A stretch of DNA of 64,000 bases, taken from positions 68,715-132,714 of the forward strand of contig CAZUDQ010000002.1 in the NCBI GenBank assembly GCA_964619365.1, read 5' to 3'. Every line of letters starts with the position of its first letter. Within the stretch, counting starts at the first letter, position 1. Shown piece by piece: positions 20,455-30,629 of the stretch. The position numbers and the translations under genes were made by a program. The stretch comes from an uncultured archaeon (lineage in GTDB: Archaea > Altiarchaeota > Altiarchaeia > JAFGQM01). Under the pieces are notes generated by a model that worked only from the letters and a program-made list of their open reading frames with translations, was not told the DNA's origin and did no database searches.

Positions 20455-21369
20455 ATGAAAAACAAGCTTCCATTTATTGTTGCCATACTTGTCCTTGCTA
20501 TGGCACTAAGCATCTCACTTTTTGTCGGAGTCCCAACATATCAGTCCAAATTTCAAAATAAGACAGTTGTTGAGAGTAAACTTGGAATTCTTGTAACAAT
20601 CCCGCCCCAAGAGCAGTTTGTAAAGCGCATTGGAGGCGATAAAGTAGAGGTGACCGTCCTTGTCCCTGCAGGTGCAAGTCCCCATACTTACGAGCCAACA
20701 CCCCAACAGATGACAAAGGCAGCTGGTGCCGACATGTATGCTAAAGTCGGCTCAGGCGTTGAGTTTGAGCTTTCCTGGGCCGGCAAACTCGCAGAACTGA
20801 ATCCTGACATGCTAATTGTCGATTCTTCAAAAGGAGTGATTATTCTTCAGACTGGTGAAGAAGACGAGGAAGACGAAGGCCAGCATGAAAGCGGGGACCC
20901 ACATATATGGAACTCGATTAAAAACGCAAAAATCATGGTTCAAAATGTCTACGACGGACTCGTACAAATAGACCCGCAAAACACAGATTATTACAAGGCA
21001 AACCTTGATTCTTACTTAACTGAGCTTGATTCCTTAGACAAAAACATCTCAAGCTCCTTAGAAGAAAAGAAGAATAATTACGTTATGGTCTACCACGACG
21101 CCTGGAACTACCTTGCAAACGATTATGATCTAAATCTCATTTCAATTGAGACTCAAGGAAAAGAGCCAACGCCACAAGGAATTGCGGCTTTAATCGACCA
21201 GGCAAAAAAAGACAATATCACAATAATCTTTGCGTCCCCGGAGTTTAGCACGCAAAGTGCAGAGACAATCGCAAATGAAATCGGAGGAAGTGTCGCATTA
21301 GTCAGCCCCTTGGAAGCTGACTACGTCTCAAATATGGCACGGGTAGCTGAAGCATTCGCAGAGGCATAA
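20455..21369 (+). CDS. znuA: Zn/Mn ABC transporter substrate-binding protein
   Basis: SPHTYEP, DPHIW, VYHDAW, N-terminal anchor. Confidence 0.9.
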   Translation: MKNKLPFIVAILVLAMALSISLFVGVPTYQSKFQNKTVVESKLGILVTIPPQEQFVKRIGGDKVEVTVLVPAGASPHTYEPTPQQMTKAAGADMYAKVGSGVEFELSWAGKLAELNPDMLIVDSSKGVIILQTGEEDEEDEGQHESGDPHIWNSIKNAKIMVQNVYDGLVQIDPQNTDYYKANLDSYLTELDSLDKNISSSLEEKKNNYVMVYHDAWNYLANDYDLNLISIETQGKEPTPQGIAALIDQAKKDNITIIFASPEFSTQSAETIANEIGGSVALVSPLEADYVSNMARVAEAFAEA

Positions 21370-21376
21370 ACCACAA

Positions 21377-22126
21377 ATGGAAAAACTAATCGAACTTAAA
21401 GGCATTTCTTTTAACATAGGCCAGACTGAGGTCTTAAAAGATGTTAATTTCTCAATAGGTCCGCGCGACTTTACTGCGGTAATTGGCCCAAACGGTGGTG
21501 GGAAAACGACGCTATTAAAAGTGATATTAGGTCTCATAACACCTGATTCGGGTTCAGTAAAAGTAATGGGGAAAAAGCCTAAAGAAGGGCGAAACGAGAT
21601 TGGGTATCTCCCGCAGCACAGCGAGTTTGACTGGCAGTTTCCAATTGATGTAAAAAGCGTTGTTATGATGGGACGCTATCAGGGTCTTTTTAAGAGATAT
21701 TCCAAAGAGGACTACGAAATCGCAGAGTCTTCCTTAGACAAAGTCGGGATGCTAAAGTTCAAAGACCGCCAGATAGGGGAGCTTTCAGGAGGCGAGCTTC
21801 AAAGAGTCCTTCTTGCGCGCGCTCTTGCAAGAAAGCCAAAGCTGTTACTCCTTGATGAACCTACGGCAAGTGTTGATCCAGGTATGCAAAAGTCGTTTTA
21901 TTCACTTCTTGAAAAGTTGCACAATGACCTTGCGATAATACTTGTGACTCACGATGTGGGGGCTGTCTCAAGCTATGTTGAGGATGTTGCCTGCATGAAT
22001 AAGGAGCTTATCTACCATGGTAAGGTTCATAGTATGGGTGATTCTCTAGCAAAGACTTACAAGTGTCCGGTAGATTTAATCGCCCATGGCGCTCCTCATA
22101 GGGTATTTGAAAAACACAAAAGATGA
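21377..22126 (+). CDS. znuC: Zn/Mn ABC transporter ATPase
   Basis: [24 protein letters not shown]. Confidence 0.9.
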   Translation: MEKLIELKGISFNIGQTEVLKDVNFSIGPRDFTAVIGPNGGGKTTLLKVILGLITPDSGSVKVMGKKPKEGRNEIGYLPQHSEFDWQFPIDVKSVVMMGRYQGLFKRYSKEDYEIAESSLDKVGMLKFKDRQIGELSGGELQRVLLARALARKPKLLLLDEPTASVDPGMQKSFYSLLEKLHNDLAIILVTHDVGAVSSYVEDVACMNKELIYHGKVHSMGDSLAKTYKCPVDLIAHGAPHRVFEKHKR

Positions 22127-22923
22127 TTGACATATTTGCTTATGAGTTCATGAGAAACGCGTTTCTTGCAGCATTCCTTGTCAGTGTTGCCTGCGGGGTT
22201 GTAGGCGTCTATGTTTATGTAAAAAGAATTGTCTTTATTAGCGGAGGTATCGCCCACAGTGCATTTGGAGGTCTTGGGATAGGATATTTCTTAGGAGTAA
22301 ACCCGGTCTTTGCGGCAATGCCATTTGGAATACTTTCAGCTATTGCAATAGGCTTAATCTCGCTTAATAAGAAAATCAGCGAGGACAGCGCTATCGGCAT
22401 GCTTTGGAGCCTTGGAATGGCAATTGGTGCGATATTTATCTTCCTGACGCCAGGCTTTGCCCCGGATTTATTTGGTTATCTTTTTGGAAACATCCTAACA
22501 GTCCCATTTTCAGATATCATTTTAATGGCAGTCCTAGATGTCATTATAATAGTCTCAGTAATTGTCTTTTACAAGGAGTTTATGTACATTTGTTTTGACC
22601 CTGAGTTTGCCTTGATTGTCGGTGTCCCTTCAAAGCTCTTTTACTTACTTTTACTTTGTCTAGTCGCACTTAGCATAGTGGTTCTTATCAGCATGGTGGG
22701 AATTGTTTTAGTAATTGCTCTTCTTACAATGCCTGCGATGATTGCAAAGCAGTTTACAGACAAGCTTAATGTAATGATGTTTCTTTCAACAATATGCGGG
22801 CTTATAGCTGGCATTTTAGGACTGATTACGTCTTTTTACTTAAATCTTCCTTCGGGCCCGACAATCGTTTTGCTTTTAGCGCTGGGCTTTTTAATTGCCT
22901 TGATATTTAAGAAATTAAGATAA
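22123..22923 (+). CDS. znuB: Zn/Mn ABC transporter permease
   Basis: [24 protein letters not shown]. Confidence 0.9.
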   Translation: MIDIFAYEFMRNAFLAAFLVSVACGVVGVYVYVKRIVFISGGIAHSAFGGLGIGYFLGVNPVFAAMPFGILSAIAIGLISLNKKISEDSAIGMLWSLGMAIGAIFIFLTPGFAPDLFGYLFGNILTVPFSDIILMAVLDVIIIVSVIVFYKEFMYICFDPEFALIVGVPSKLFYLLLLCLVALSIVVLISMVGIVLVIALLTMPAMIAKQFTDKLNVMMFLSTICGLIAGILGLITSFYLNLPSGPTIVLLLALGFLIALIFKKLR

Positions 22924-22929
22924 CGATTT

Positions 22930-23054
22930 TTTGATATTTTCTATTATCTCTGAGAATGCCCCATTATACCGCTTTGTAATCTCAGATACAGGTTTCATTT
23001 TGACAGTTTAGTGGATTTACCCACATCATCGTTACCACTCACAATCGCTACTTT
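22930..23054 (-). pseudogene. Relic of a MinD/Mrp-type P-loop ATPase
   Basis: Manual translation KVAIVSGNDDVGKSTKLSK* (decayed SGKGGVGKST) directly after the NifB/NifX gene, where such ATPases usually lie. Confidence 0.5.
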
Positions 23055-23386
23055 GTTTTTTCCAGTTTATTATCTATGAATTTGTTTATTACTTCCTTAA
23101 CAATTCCATTTCCAATAAAAGTCTCCACTCCAGACTGGGAAAGGATATCAATAGCACGCGGGCCGATTTTTGAATAAATAACAAAATCAGTTCCAGCATT
23201 GACGATAATTTGTGCCGTTGATATTCCCACGCCACCTGAACTCATGAGTTCTGTATTCTCAATTACTTCAAAGCCATCAATTTTTTTATCGTTTACATTG
23301 ACTATGAGAAAATAAGGACATCTCCCAAAACTATCATGAATTTCGGATGAAAGGTCTTTTCCCGTACTGGGTACTGCTATTTTCAT
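23048..23386 (-). CDS. NifB/NifX family Fe-Mo cluster-binding-like protein
   Basis: MKIAVPS, FGRCPYFLI, GGVGI, IGPRA. Confidence 0.85.
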   Translation of the reverse strand: MKIAVPSTGKDLSSEIHDSFGRCPYFLIVNVNDKKIDGFEVIENTELMSSGGVGISTAQIIVNAGTDFVIYSKIGPRAIDILSQSGVETFIGNGIVKEVINKFIDNKLEKTK

Positions 23387-23387
23387 T

Positions 23388-23537
23388 TTAGATGCGTCTT
23401 CTTCCGCGACCAAAGCCAGCGCCCCGTACAATTGGGGTTACAGCTTTATTTTCATTATCCTGCGGCGGACAGTTGCCTAAGCCGCGTCCAGTTCTTGTTC
23501 CTTTTCCGTCAGGTCCTGTTCCGTCTCCTCTTGGCAT
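23388..23537 (-). CDS. DUF5320-like small Gly/Arg-rich protein (49 aa, not in ORF track)
   Basis: Manual translation MPRGDGTGPDGKGTRTGRGLGNCPP...GFGRGRRRI*. Confidence 0.8.
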   Translation of the reverse strand: MPRGDGTGPDGKGTRTGRGLGNCPPQDNENKAVTPIVRGAGFGRGRRRI

Positions 23538-23543
23538 TTTGTT

Positions 23544-23846
23544 TTACTCCTTTTTTATTTCAATTGCTTTTCCATTTATTATAGCATCAGCGATTTTTTC
23601 TCTTGCATCATGAAGACTTCGTGCAAGGGTTCTTCTTGAGACGCCCATCTTTGTTGCAGCGTCTTCCTGTTCTAAACTCTCTTTATCAATAAGCCTTATA
23701 ACCTCAAGCTCTTCATGGGTCAAAAAGACAATTTCAAGCTCGTTCATAGGAACACCTAAAGGTTTAAAGTAGTTAGCAATAGGTTCAATAGCTATTCTTC
23801 TACGCATCCTTGGTCGCCCCCGACCTCTACCACAACCACGTCTCAT
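23544..23846 (-). CDS. DUF134 family HTH protein
   Basis: GRPRMRRRI, YFKPLG, EELEVIRLID, MGVSRRT, AREKIADAIINGKAI. Confidence 0.9.
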   Translation of the reverse strand: MRRGCGRGRGRPRMRRRIAIEPIANYFKPLGVPMNELEIVFLTHEELEVIRLIDKESLEQEDAATKMGVSRRTLARSLHDAREKIADAIINGKAIEIKKE

Positions 23847-23883
23847 TGCTTATTATTGAAGTAGCATCTATATAAATGCCCAT

Positions 23884-24165
23884 ATGGGCAATATTATTTT
23901 TATATATGGTATACCTAAGTATACTGTGAATATAACGACGGTCAAAGTAGGATTAAAAACAAAGAGTGCTCTTGATTCCTTTAAACAGTATAAAAACGAG
24001 AGTTATGATGAGGTTATCAATAAGCTGATTTATGTGGCAAAGAACGTAAATTCCCAACCTGAGTTAAGCAAGCAAACAATTGTCGAAATAGAAACGGCAA
24101 GAGCAAGAATAAAAGCCGGCGATTTTTACACAGAAGCAGACATGGCCAAGAAGCTTGGACTTTAA
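23884..24165 (+). CDS. Putative antitoxin (start possibly GTG 23926)
   Basis: TTVKV...ESYDEVI...ARARIKAGDFYTE, abutting the RelE gene. Confidence 0.75.
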   Translation: MGNIIFIYGIPKYTVNITTVKVGLKTKSALDSFKQYKNESYDEVINKLIYVAKNVNSQPELSKQTIVEIETARARIKAGDFYTEADMAKKLGL

Positions 24166-24423
24166 ATGGGGGTTGAACTAATTTTTGCTCCTTCCGCATA
24201 TAAGGAGTTATCTAAATTTAGAAAGGAAATTGCCCAAAGGATATTTAAGAAATGTCAAAAAACCAAAGGAGATCCGCTTGCTTTTTGGGTTAAGATTACA
24301 GATAAGGATTTTTATAAGCTGAGGATCGGAGAGTATAGAGTTATTGCAGATATTAATCTTGAGGATGGGTGCATAGAAGTGATCAAAGTGGGCCATAGGA
24401 AAAACATTTATAAACAAATTTAG
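24166..24423 (+). CDS. RelE/ParE family toxin
   Basis: YKLRIGEYRVI, IKVGHRKNIY. Confidence 0.9.
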   Translation: MGVELIFAPSAYKELSKFRKEIAQRIFKKCQKTKGDPLAFWVKITDKDFYKLRIGEYRVIADINLEDGCIEVIKVGHRKNIYKQI

Positions 24424-24440
24424 ATTAGCAATTAACCTTA

Positions 24441-24956
24441 TTACATAAGAATACATCTTACAGGAGCGCCTTCGACACCCTTTATTCTTAGAGGCATACA
24501 ATAAAGAGTGTATTTTCCTTTCTTTACCTCCTTAAGGTCAAGACCCTCAATGACGATGATGTCCTTAGAGAGTAGCGTTAAGTGGACATCCTTAGACCCG
24601 ATTGTCAGGCACTCGACGCCGACCCCAAAAACCTCCTTTTTGATAAGATACTCAGCTTCGTCTAAGGAGAGTTCTTCCTTCATAAGGACAAAGTCCCCCC
24701 TATTGATATCTACCTCAAAGACATTTTCACAAAATATGGCTGGTGCCTTGATAAGGGCTGGCAGGTCTTCTACATCTTTGGCCCCAGAGATATAATGGGA
24801 AGGCGCGTCAACATGGGTTCCACAGTGAAGGCTCATTTCAATCTTTGAAAGTGCATAGTCGTCCTTTTCAATGGATTTGACCTTAGTGATTTTAGTCTCC
24901 GAGTCGCCAGGATAAACTTCGGTGTCCGGGGATATTTCCCGAGTAATATCAATCAT
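24441..24956 (-). CDS. Cyclase family (kynurenine formamidase-like) protein
   Basis: VYPGD, HCGTHVDAPSH, VIEGL, GAPVR. Confidence 0.88.
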   Translation of the reverse strand: MIDITREISPDTEVYPGDSETKITKVKSIEKDDYALSKIEMSLHCGTHVDAPSHYISGAKDVEDLPALIKAPAIFCENVFEVDINRGDFVLMKEELSLDEAEYLIKKEVFGVGVECLTIGSKDVHLTLLSKDIIVIEGLDLKEVKKGKYTLYCMPLRIKGVEGAPVRCILM

Positions 24957-25087
24957 TTTAAAGTTTTAAGAATATGCTTTAATTAAGGTAGATACAACTA
25001 AAATTCTTTTTAGATTTTTATTCTCACGAAAGCAACATTAGACAAAGCAAGAGTCTTAATGTAAAAAGGCTCTTAAAACTCCCTGCC

Positions 25088-25969
25088 ATGGATCCCGTAT
25101 CAATAATATTTGAAATACTTTTCTTTACAGTAATCCCGTTTATCTCAGTCTTTTTCATAGCGTTTCTTTTCCGCATATTTGTAAAGGAAGATTTTTCGAC
25201 CTGGATGGGAATAATTATTGGTCTTGCCTTTGTTGGTTTTGACATAGGCATTGTGGGAATCGCTAAGTCTGCAACCCCCATTACCTTCTTAAAATATCTT
25301 GTCATAATGATAATCTCGGCGTGGGCCGCGCGCTTTGGAAACAAGTACGGCAAGGAGTTTCTTAAGCACCAAATCAGGGTGGAAGGCTACCATATCCTAA
25401 AGCGGGGCATCTATAAGGCAAGTGGAAAAAAGTTCATCGAAATAACAATGCCTTCGGCCTCTGAGATTCAGAACATCTACGGCAAACGGTCAGTAAGTAA
25501 TGACCTTAAACGCGAGCTTGGGGGTAGGAAATTTGTCGAACCTGCAGACCTTCCGGTCGAGATTCTTGAAGCAAGGATAAAACGAAGGCTCATCACTGAC
25601 TGGCGCATTGGTGATGCTGAAGTCAAGCTAAATGCAATGGGTGTTGTTGTAAAACTTGCAGTATCAGCCAAAAAGTCAAGATTGGGTGGAAAGCTTCCTG
25701 AAGGAAAAGTCCTTTTTTCATTTAAACCTGAAAGCGTCCCATTCGAGCTTTGTTATGGCGACCGCGTTGATGTATTCATCGATAATATCATAGTCCGTGA
25801 GGCAGAAGTCCTGAATGTCGAAGATGGTGCAGCCCTTGTCACGCTCCCAATAGCAGATGCCGAGCTTCTTGCGGCAAAGATAGGAAAAGGCATGCGTCCA
25901 GCAGTAATAGCTCTTCCCATCCAAACAATCCGGCAAAGGTCTCAAGACAAAAAAGAGAATAAGAAATAA
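25088..25969 (+). CDS. Membrane protein resembling the N-terminal part of archaeal TrkA-C-associated proteins
   Basis: 3 TMs then PADLPVEILEARI...GDAEV and GDRVDV. Confidence 0.5.
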   Translation: MDPVSIIFEILFFTVIPFISVFFIAFLFRIFVKEDFSTWMGIIIGLAFVGFDIGIVGIAKSATPITFLKYLVIMIISAWAARFGNKYGKEFLKHQIRVEGYHILKRGIYKASGKKFIEITMPSASEIQNIYGKRSVSNDLKRELGGRKFVEPADLPVEILEARIKRRLITDWRIGDAEVKLNAMGVVVKLAVSAKKSRLGGKLPEGKVLFSFKPESVPFELCYGDRVDVFIDNIIVREAEVLNVEDGAALVTLPIADAELLAAKIGKGMRPAVIALPIQTIRQRSQDKKENKK

Positions 25970-25971
25970 AA

Positions 25972-27273
25972 TTAAAACCCGTAATCCTTAAACTTGGATT
26001 TTATGTCCTCTAAACTATAATCAAGAGTCCAGTCATCGTAATAAAAAAGATCTTCCTCATTTATAACTGCGTGCAATTCGTCAAAGACACTTGATGCGCG
26101 ACCCTGATAAATCCCCGTCTGTGGTTCGAAAAGATATAAATCCTCTAGGTACTCTTCATCGTCAAGCTCAGGGTCTCCACCGGAAGATATACCAACTTCA
26201 CAATGCCCATCACCGTTTTTAAGCTCTCCACAGACCACAAAAATATCCTCGGTGTCTACTCCAGTGATATATTTCCTGTCGCAGCCAAGCGAGTCGCAGT
26301 ACCAAGTGGCTTCATCCTGAAGAACTAGCTCATAATCGCTACAGTAGTAATCAACCCGCTCAAGTTCGTCGCGAAGCCATGCCGCGGCAAATACTGAGTA
26401 ATCATCGCAGTCGCCTTCCTTGTCATCCCAGAAGTCCTCACAGCTTGATACAAACTGGCTGTCATCGTCACGATCATCATCATCGCTATAATCAAAACAG
26501 GATGCCATGCCTTGCCCCAAGTCAAAAGTATAGACATAACAGCCTGACCCATAACCTATTGAAGGGTCGGCGCAATCGTCGTGTACGTCCTCAAGTATGT
26601 CTGAAGGGAGATCTGCATTATTTGTCACCCAGTTAAAGAGTGAGATTAGGTCGTCATAGGCATCAGAAACCAAATCATGCAGTTCTGTAAGCTCTTCTGT
26701 TGCATCCTCGAGTTCTTGAGAAGTTATCTGAAGCTTGCCTGAGGCATCAGTATATTTATCCTGCCACTCTTTGATGTCGGCCTCAAGTGCGGAAATATCT
26801 GACTTCAAAGTTGAAAGTTCTCTGTTTAACCCAGATATCTCGCTAGCTTTCTGTGCGATGTTTGTGTCTTTTGCAGAGATTCTTGCAGTCATTTCAGTCT
26901 TATACCCATCAAATTCTGTCTTTACGGCGGACAGTTCGGATTCCAATACTGAAATATCGTTTCTTAAGCCTGCAATAATCCCGTCTTTATTCCCCAATTC
27001 AAGGTACATAAGGGTCGAGACAACTGCGATTATAACAATTAAGGCAATTATAATCATAAAGACTGGTGTTAAGAATGGCAAGTTAAATTCCTTTTTGGGT
27101 TTTGTTGAATCTTTGCTAAATGGGGGTGTTAGTAAAGACTTGTCGTCTACAGGTTTAAGAGTACTGCTCAGGGGAGTTTTATCTTCTCCCGACGAATCAA
27201 GGATATACCCGCATTTTTTACAAACCGTACGCTTCCCGTGTATGATGTCTCCGCACTTAGGGCACCTTTTCAT
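25972..27273 (-). CDS. Zinc ribbon - TM - coiled coil - transglutaminase-like protein
   Basis: CPKCG...CKKCG, TM, heptad region, EGDCDDY, GHCEV, FEPQTG. Confidence 0.75.
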   Translation of the reverse strand: MKRCPKCGDIIHGKRTVCKKCGYILDSSGEDKTPLSSTLKPVDDKSLLTPPFSKDSTKPKKEFNLPFLTPVFMIIIALIVIIAVVSTLMYLELGNKDGIIAGLRNDISVLESELSAVKTEFDGYKTEMTARISAKDTNIAQKASEISGLNRELSTLKSDISALEADIKEWQDKYTDASGKLQITSQELEDATEELTELHDLVSDAYDDLISLFNWVTNNADLPSDILEDVHDDCADPSIGYGSGCYVYTFDLGQGMASCFDYSDDDDRDDDSQFVSSCEDFWDDKEGDCDDYSVFAAAWLRDELERVDYYCSDYELVLQDEATWYCDSLGCDRKYITGVDTEDIFVVCGELKNGDGHCEVGISSGGDPELDDEEYLEDLYLFEPQTGIYQGRASSVFDELHAVINEEDLFYYDDWTLDYSLEDIKSKFKDYGF

Positions 27274-27435
27274 TTTTTTTATGTTAAGTTAAAGGCTTTT
27301 CTTAATTAAATCTTTTTACTAAAAACGTCAGCAAAATCACTCAAAAACCACTAAGATTACTTTTGGGTGCTTTTTATACACCATCCGACTAAAAGGGATA
27401 TAGGTGCGTTTAAACACCTAAATGTAAGTACTATA

Positions 27436-27624
27436 ATGAACGGAAAAGTAAAATGGTTTAATGAGCGAAAAGGTTACGGCTTTATCGAAGGTGAAGACGG
27501 CAACGATTACTTTGCTCATTCTGATGCAATAAAAGGCGGCAAGTTGTACGACGGCGATGCCGTTACATTCGACCCGACTGAGGGCGACCGCGGTAAAAAA
27601 GCAGAAAACGTAGAAAAAGCTTAA
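27436..27624 (+). CDS. cspA: Cold-shock protein
   Basis: GKVKWFNERKGYGFI, YFAHSDAI; start at ATG 27436. Confidence 0.93.
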   Translation: MNGKVKWFNERKGYGFIEGEDGNDYFAHSDAIKGGKLYDGDAVTFDPTEGDRGKKAENVEKA

Positions 27625-27681
27625 ACTTTTTAAGCTAACTCTAATTTTTTTATCCTTTTTATATTATTTTTATTGTTAATG

Positions 27682-27699
27682 TAAGGACGCGAGTCCTTA
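27682..27699 (+). terminator. Hairpin downstream of the csp gene
   Basis: TAAGGAC-GCGA-GTCCTTA among T-rich tracts. Confidence 0.4.
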
Positions 27700-27792
27700 T
27701 CTAGTTCTTTTTACACTTACCAAATCCCTATTTCATACGGTAGTTTTTATTCTAAGTGCATTTTTATAAAATGTGCAATTACTAATGTCACA

Positions 27793-29709
27793 ATGGACCT
27801 AAACAAAGTTTTCATAATATTATCTATTATATTATTTTCTTCTTTTGTTTCTGCAAGCGTAACCCAATTCCACGACCAATGCACTTCAGAAGGTGCGACA
27901 CCCCACATGATTCAGGGGACTCTTTACCCCACAAGTAACCCTTGGCAGTGTTATGATAACAGTGGCGAAATCAAATTCCGATATTTGGTAGCTTACACTT
28001 CTGCTCACTACAACCTTTGTGTAAAGCTTGACAATTCAAATGGCAGGTCCCAAAGTGTTTGGGTTGACGGAGAAAAAATAATAGATGCTCCTGCAGACAA
28101 CCTTGACTGTGCGTCTATCCCCATCTCAAAGACTTCTGACGGCTCATTTACAATAAGCGTTAAAAACGAAGGCAACGACAACGCCGCGATGACCAAAATT
28201 GATATCTTTAATGAAGACGGCGCTGGCCACGGCGAGTCCTGCTGGGACTCTGTTGAGTGTGTCCAAAGTGAAGATGATCTTTGCATAGACTCAAATGGGG
28301 ATACTGTAGTTGACACCTGTAGTTACTGTAGTGCAAATAACGGTGAGGCCTGCGATGCTTCAAAAGTTGATGGCGTCACACTAGGGATGTGTGTTATGGA
28401 TTATCCAAGTGTCTCTTGTCTTGGCGTTGATATAGCTTATCATAACGGCAATTATGAGACTTGTGACTCGGCGTGCGGCATGGATGATAACTACTGCGGT
28501 TATGATAACCAGATAACTCCGCTTTGTGACCATGATGTTGTTGGTCCGAATGTGGAATGGGTTCCTGACGGCGTCTGTGCAAGCCTTAGCGAGGGAAACC
28601 ACATTTGTGATGGCGGCCTTGTCTGTAAGTGGGAAGGCGTTTCGCCTGTAGCCTACATGGCAAACTGTGATGATTGCGATGATGGTGATGCCTGCGATAT
28701 AGACACAACTGACGGCTTCCAGGCAACCGGGATATGTCAGAGCGGGGCATGCTGCGACAAGGGCGAAGGAGACGACTGCGAAGCCGATTCTGATTGCGAT
28801 AATGTCTGCACGGGAGGTGCATTTATCCTTATGGAAGGTGACTGTACAGGTGCTTGCGAGTGTGATTACAAAAAGGTCCATACATGCGATTCGTCATTAA
28901 AAGGAACTAAGCGCATATGTGATAATGTAGAATATTGTTGTTCTGTTACATATTCAGGGATGGGTGATACCATATATCAGTGGACTGATTCTCCACAGGC
29001 CGAAACTGGCGCGCGTGCATGCAACGACAAGATAGACAACGACTGCGACGGAGACATTGATGAAGACGACAGCGGATGCGAAGGACCTGTGGAGATATGT
29101 GATAACGGTCGCGATGACGATGACGACGGCCGTGTCGATTGTGATGACGGAGAGTGTAACTCTGAATGCGAAACCTATCGTGAAAGTGAGTGCAGGGACG
29201 GCATAGATAATGATGGGGACGGCAAAACTGATTGCTGTGATTCAACAGATTGTGCAGAAACAGACCCGCTTTGCGGCAAGGCAAACGAGGCAAATTTCTG
29301 TTCTGACGGTGTCGATAATGATTGTGATGGCAAAATAGACTGCGCAGATTCTGATTGCAACTGTGATTCTGACAAAGACGATGAAACTGAGCCTGAAGAA
29401 AACGAATCTGAAGAGCTCCATTTGATAAATGTCACAAACCCCACAAACGATTCGATTGAGACAAACAAGAGCATGGGGAATATGACACCTGAAAATGATT
29501 CGTTACCCATAATTAAATTCAATTTTACAGATTCAGATTCTGCTGGTCCGACAATAAAATCAGACTATGTAGATACCCAAAGCATCCTTGTAATTCTAGT
29601 TGTAATAATTGTTATCCTAATGATAATTGTAGTTTTATTTCTTGCATTAAGAGTTGGAAAGAAAAAAGAAGCCCCGCTTATTGTAGAAGCAGAACCTAAC
29701 GTCGCTTGA
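27793..29709 (+). CDS. Cys/Asp-rich cell-surface protein with CxDGxDNDCDG repeats
   Basis: Signal peptide; repeats CNDKIDNDCDG, CDNGRDDDDDG, CRDGIDNDGDG, CSDGVDNDCDG; C-terminal TM. Confidence 0.8.
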   Translation: MDLNKVFIILSIILFSSFVSASVTQFHDQCTSEGATPHMIQGTLYPTSNPWQCYDNSGEIKFRYLVAYTSAHYNLCVKLDNSNGRSQSVWVDGEKIIDAPADNLDCASIPISKTSDGSFTISVKNEGNDNAAMTKIDIFNEDGAGHGESCWDSVECVQSEDDLCIDSNGDTVVDTCSYCSANNGEACDASKVDGVTLGMCVMDYPSVSCLGVDIAYHNGNYETCDSACGMDDNYCGYDNQITPLCDHDVVGPNVEWVPDGVCASLSEGNHICDGGLVCKWEGVSPVAYMANCDDCDDGDACDIDTTDGFQATGICQSGACCDKGEGDDCEADSDCDNVCTGGAFILMEGDCTGACECDYKKVHTCDSSLKGTKRICDNVEYCCSVTYSGMGDTIYQWTDSPQAETGARACNDKIDNDCDGDIDEDDSGCEGPVEICDNGRDDDDDGRVDCDDGECNSECETYRESECRDGIDNDGDGKTDCCDSTDCAETDPLCGKANEANFCSDGVDNDCDGKIDCADSDCNCDSDKDDETEPEENESEELHLINVTNPTNDSIETNKSMGNMTPENDSLPIIKFNFTDSDSAGPTIKSDYVDTQSILVILVVIIVILMIIVVLFLALRVGKKKEAPLIVEAEPNVA

Positions 29710-30100
29710 TTAAAAGCAGGAGTATAATCACGATTAGGAGTACAATTATTACTATTGGAAGCATGTCCTGAAGCGAAGTTTGAGATTCTGGAGGAGCAAA
29801 ATCCTTAGGCACCATTAACATGTCCGGGTCAAGTGGGATTACCTCACCAATTATTGGATTTCCGCCAGATGGAGTTTGCCCGGGAACGCAGCTTCCGTCG
29901 CGATAGCATACCCCTCCAGCACATTTCCCGCATTCAGGACAGTCGGCGCTAGTTTGACAAGGGTAATATTTGCAACGAGCAGCCTCGCACCATTCGCCCG
30001 CGTCACAGTCAGCCATGATTTGACAAGGTGCGTTCTCTATGGCAGAAACAATACTTAGAAGTATCAAGCAGCTCACCATAACAAGGATAAGTTTTTTCAT
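29696..30100 (-). CDS. Small Cys-rich secreted protein with C-terminal TM anchor
   Basis: Signal peptide, two CxxxxDC modules, TM and KRR tail. Confidence 0.7.
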   Translation of the reverse strand: MKKLILVMVSCLILLSIVSAIENAPCQIMADCDAGEWCEAARCKYYPCQTSADCPECGKCAGGVCYRDGSCVPGQTPSGGNPIIGEVIPLDPDMLMVPKDFAPPESQTSLQDMLPIVIIVLLIVIILLLLIKRR

Positions 30101-30191
30101 ACTTTTTACTAATGCTTTCCTTAATAAAAACACATTGTTCCCCCCGATAAACTCTTTTTTATAAAACTAGACCTAAAAAATAAGATTAATA

Positions 30192-30611
30192 ATGGAATTA
30201 CTCCCTCAATTAAAAGAAGAGCATATTGAAATCCTTCGCCCCTTTGATGTAGTGGAAGCAGATATTAGAAATTCATCCAAAAGTTCGGAGGATATAATTG
30301 ATGACCTAAGGGATTTAAAAGATACCTTAACAAGTCATGTGGATTTAGAAAACAAGCTATTATATCCAGCTATTGAGTCTTCAAATGATAAAAAAACAAA
30401 AGAGGCTGGTAAGAAGTTCTCAGGCGAGATGATAAAGATAGGTGAAGTCGCATTTGCATTCTTTAAAAAATATGATGAAACCGAAATCTCAGAGATAAGA
30501 ACAGACCAAAAATTCAAAACGGAATTTAAAGATATACACAAAATTCTCTCCAGAAGGGTGGATGTAGAAGAGAACAAACTTTTTCCGCTATACTCGCTTT
30601 GTTGCGAGTGA
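30192..30611 (+). CDS. Hemerythrin-domain protein
   Basis: LKEEH, SHVDLENKLLYP, RVDVEENKLFP. Confidence 0.75.
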   Translation: MELLPQLKEEHIEILRPFDVVEADIRNSSKSSEDIIDDLRDLKDTLTSHVDLENKLLYPAIESSNDKKTKEAGKKFSGEMIKIGEVAFAFFKKYDETEISEIRTDQKFKTEFKDIHKILSRRVDVEENKLFPLYSLCCE

Positions 30612-30629
30612 TTTAATTTCCTTTTAACT

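Noticed and set aside
23048-23386. Nitrogen fixation
   Set aside because: The NifB/NifX-family domain is common outside nif clusters; no nitrogenase genes are present
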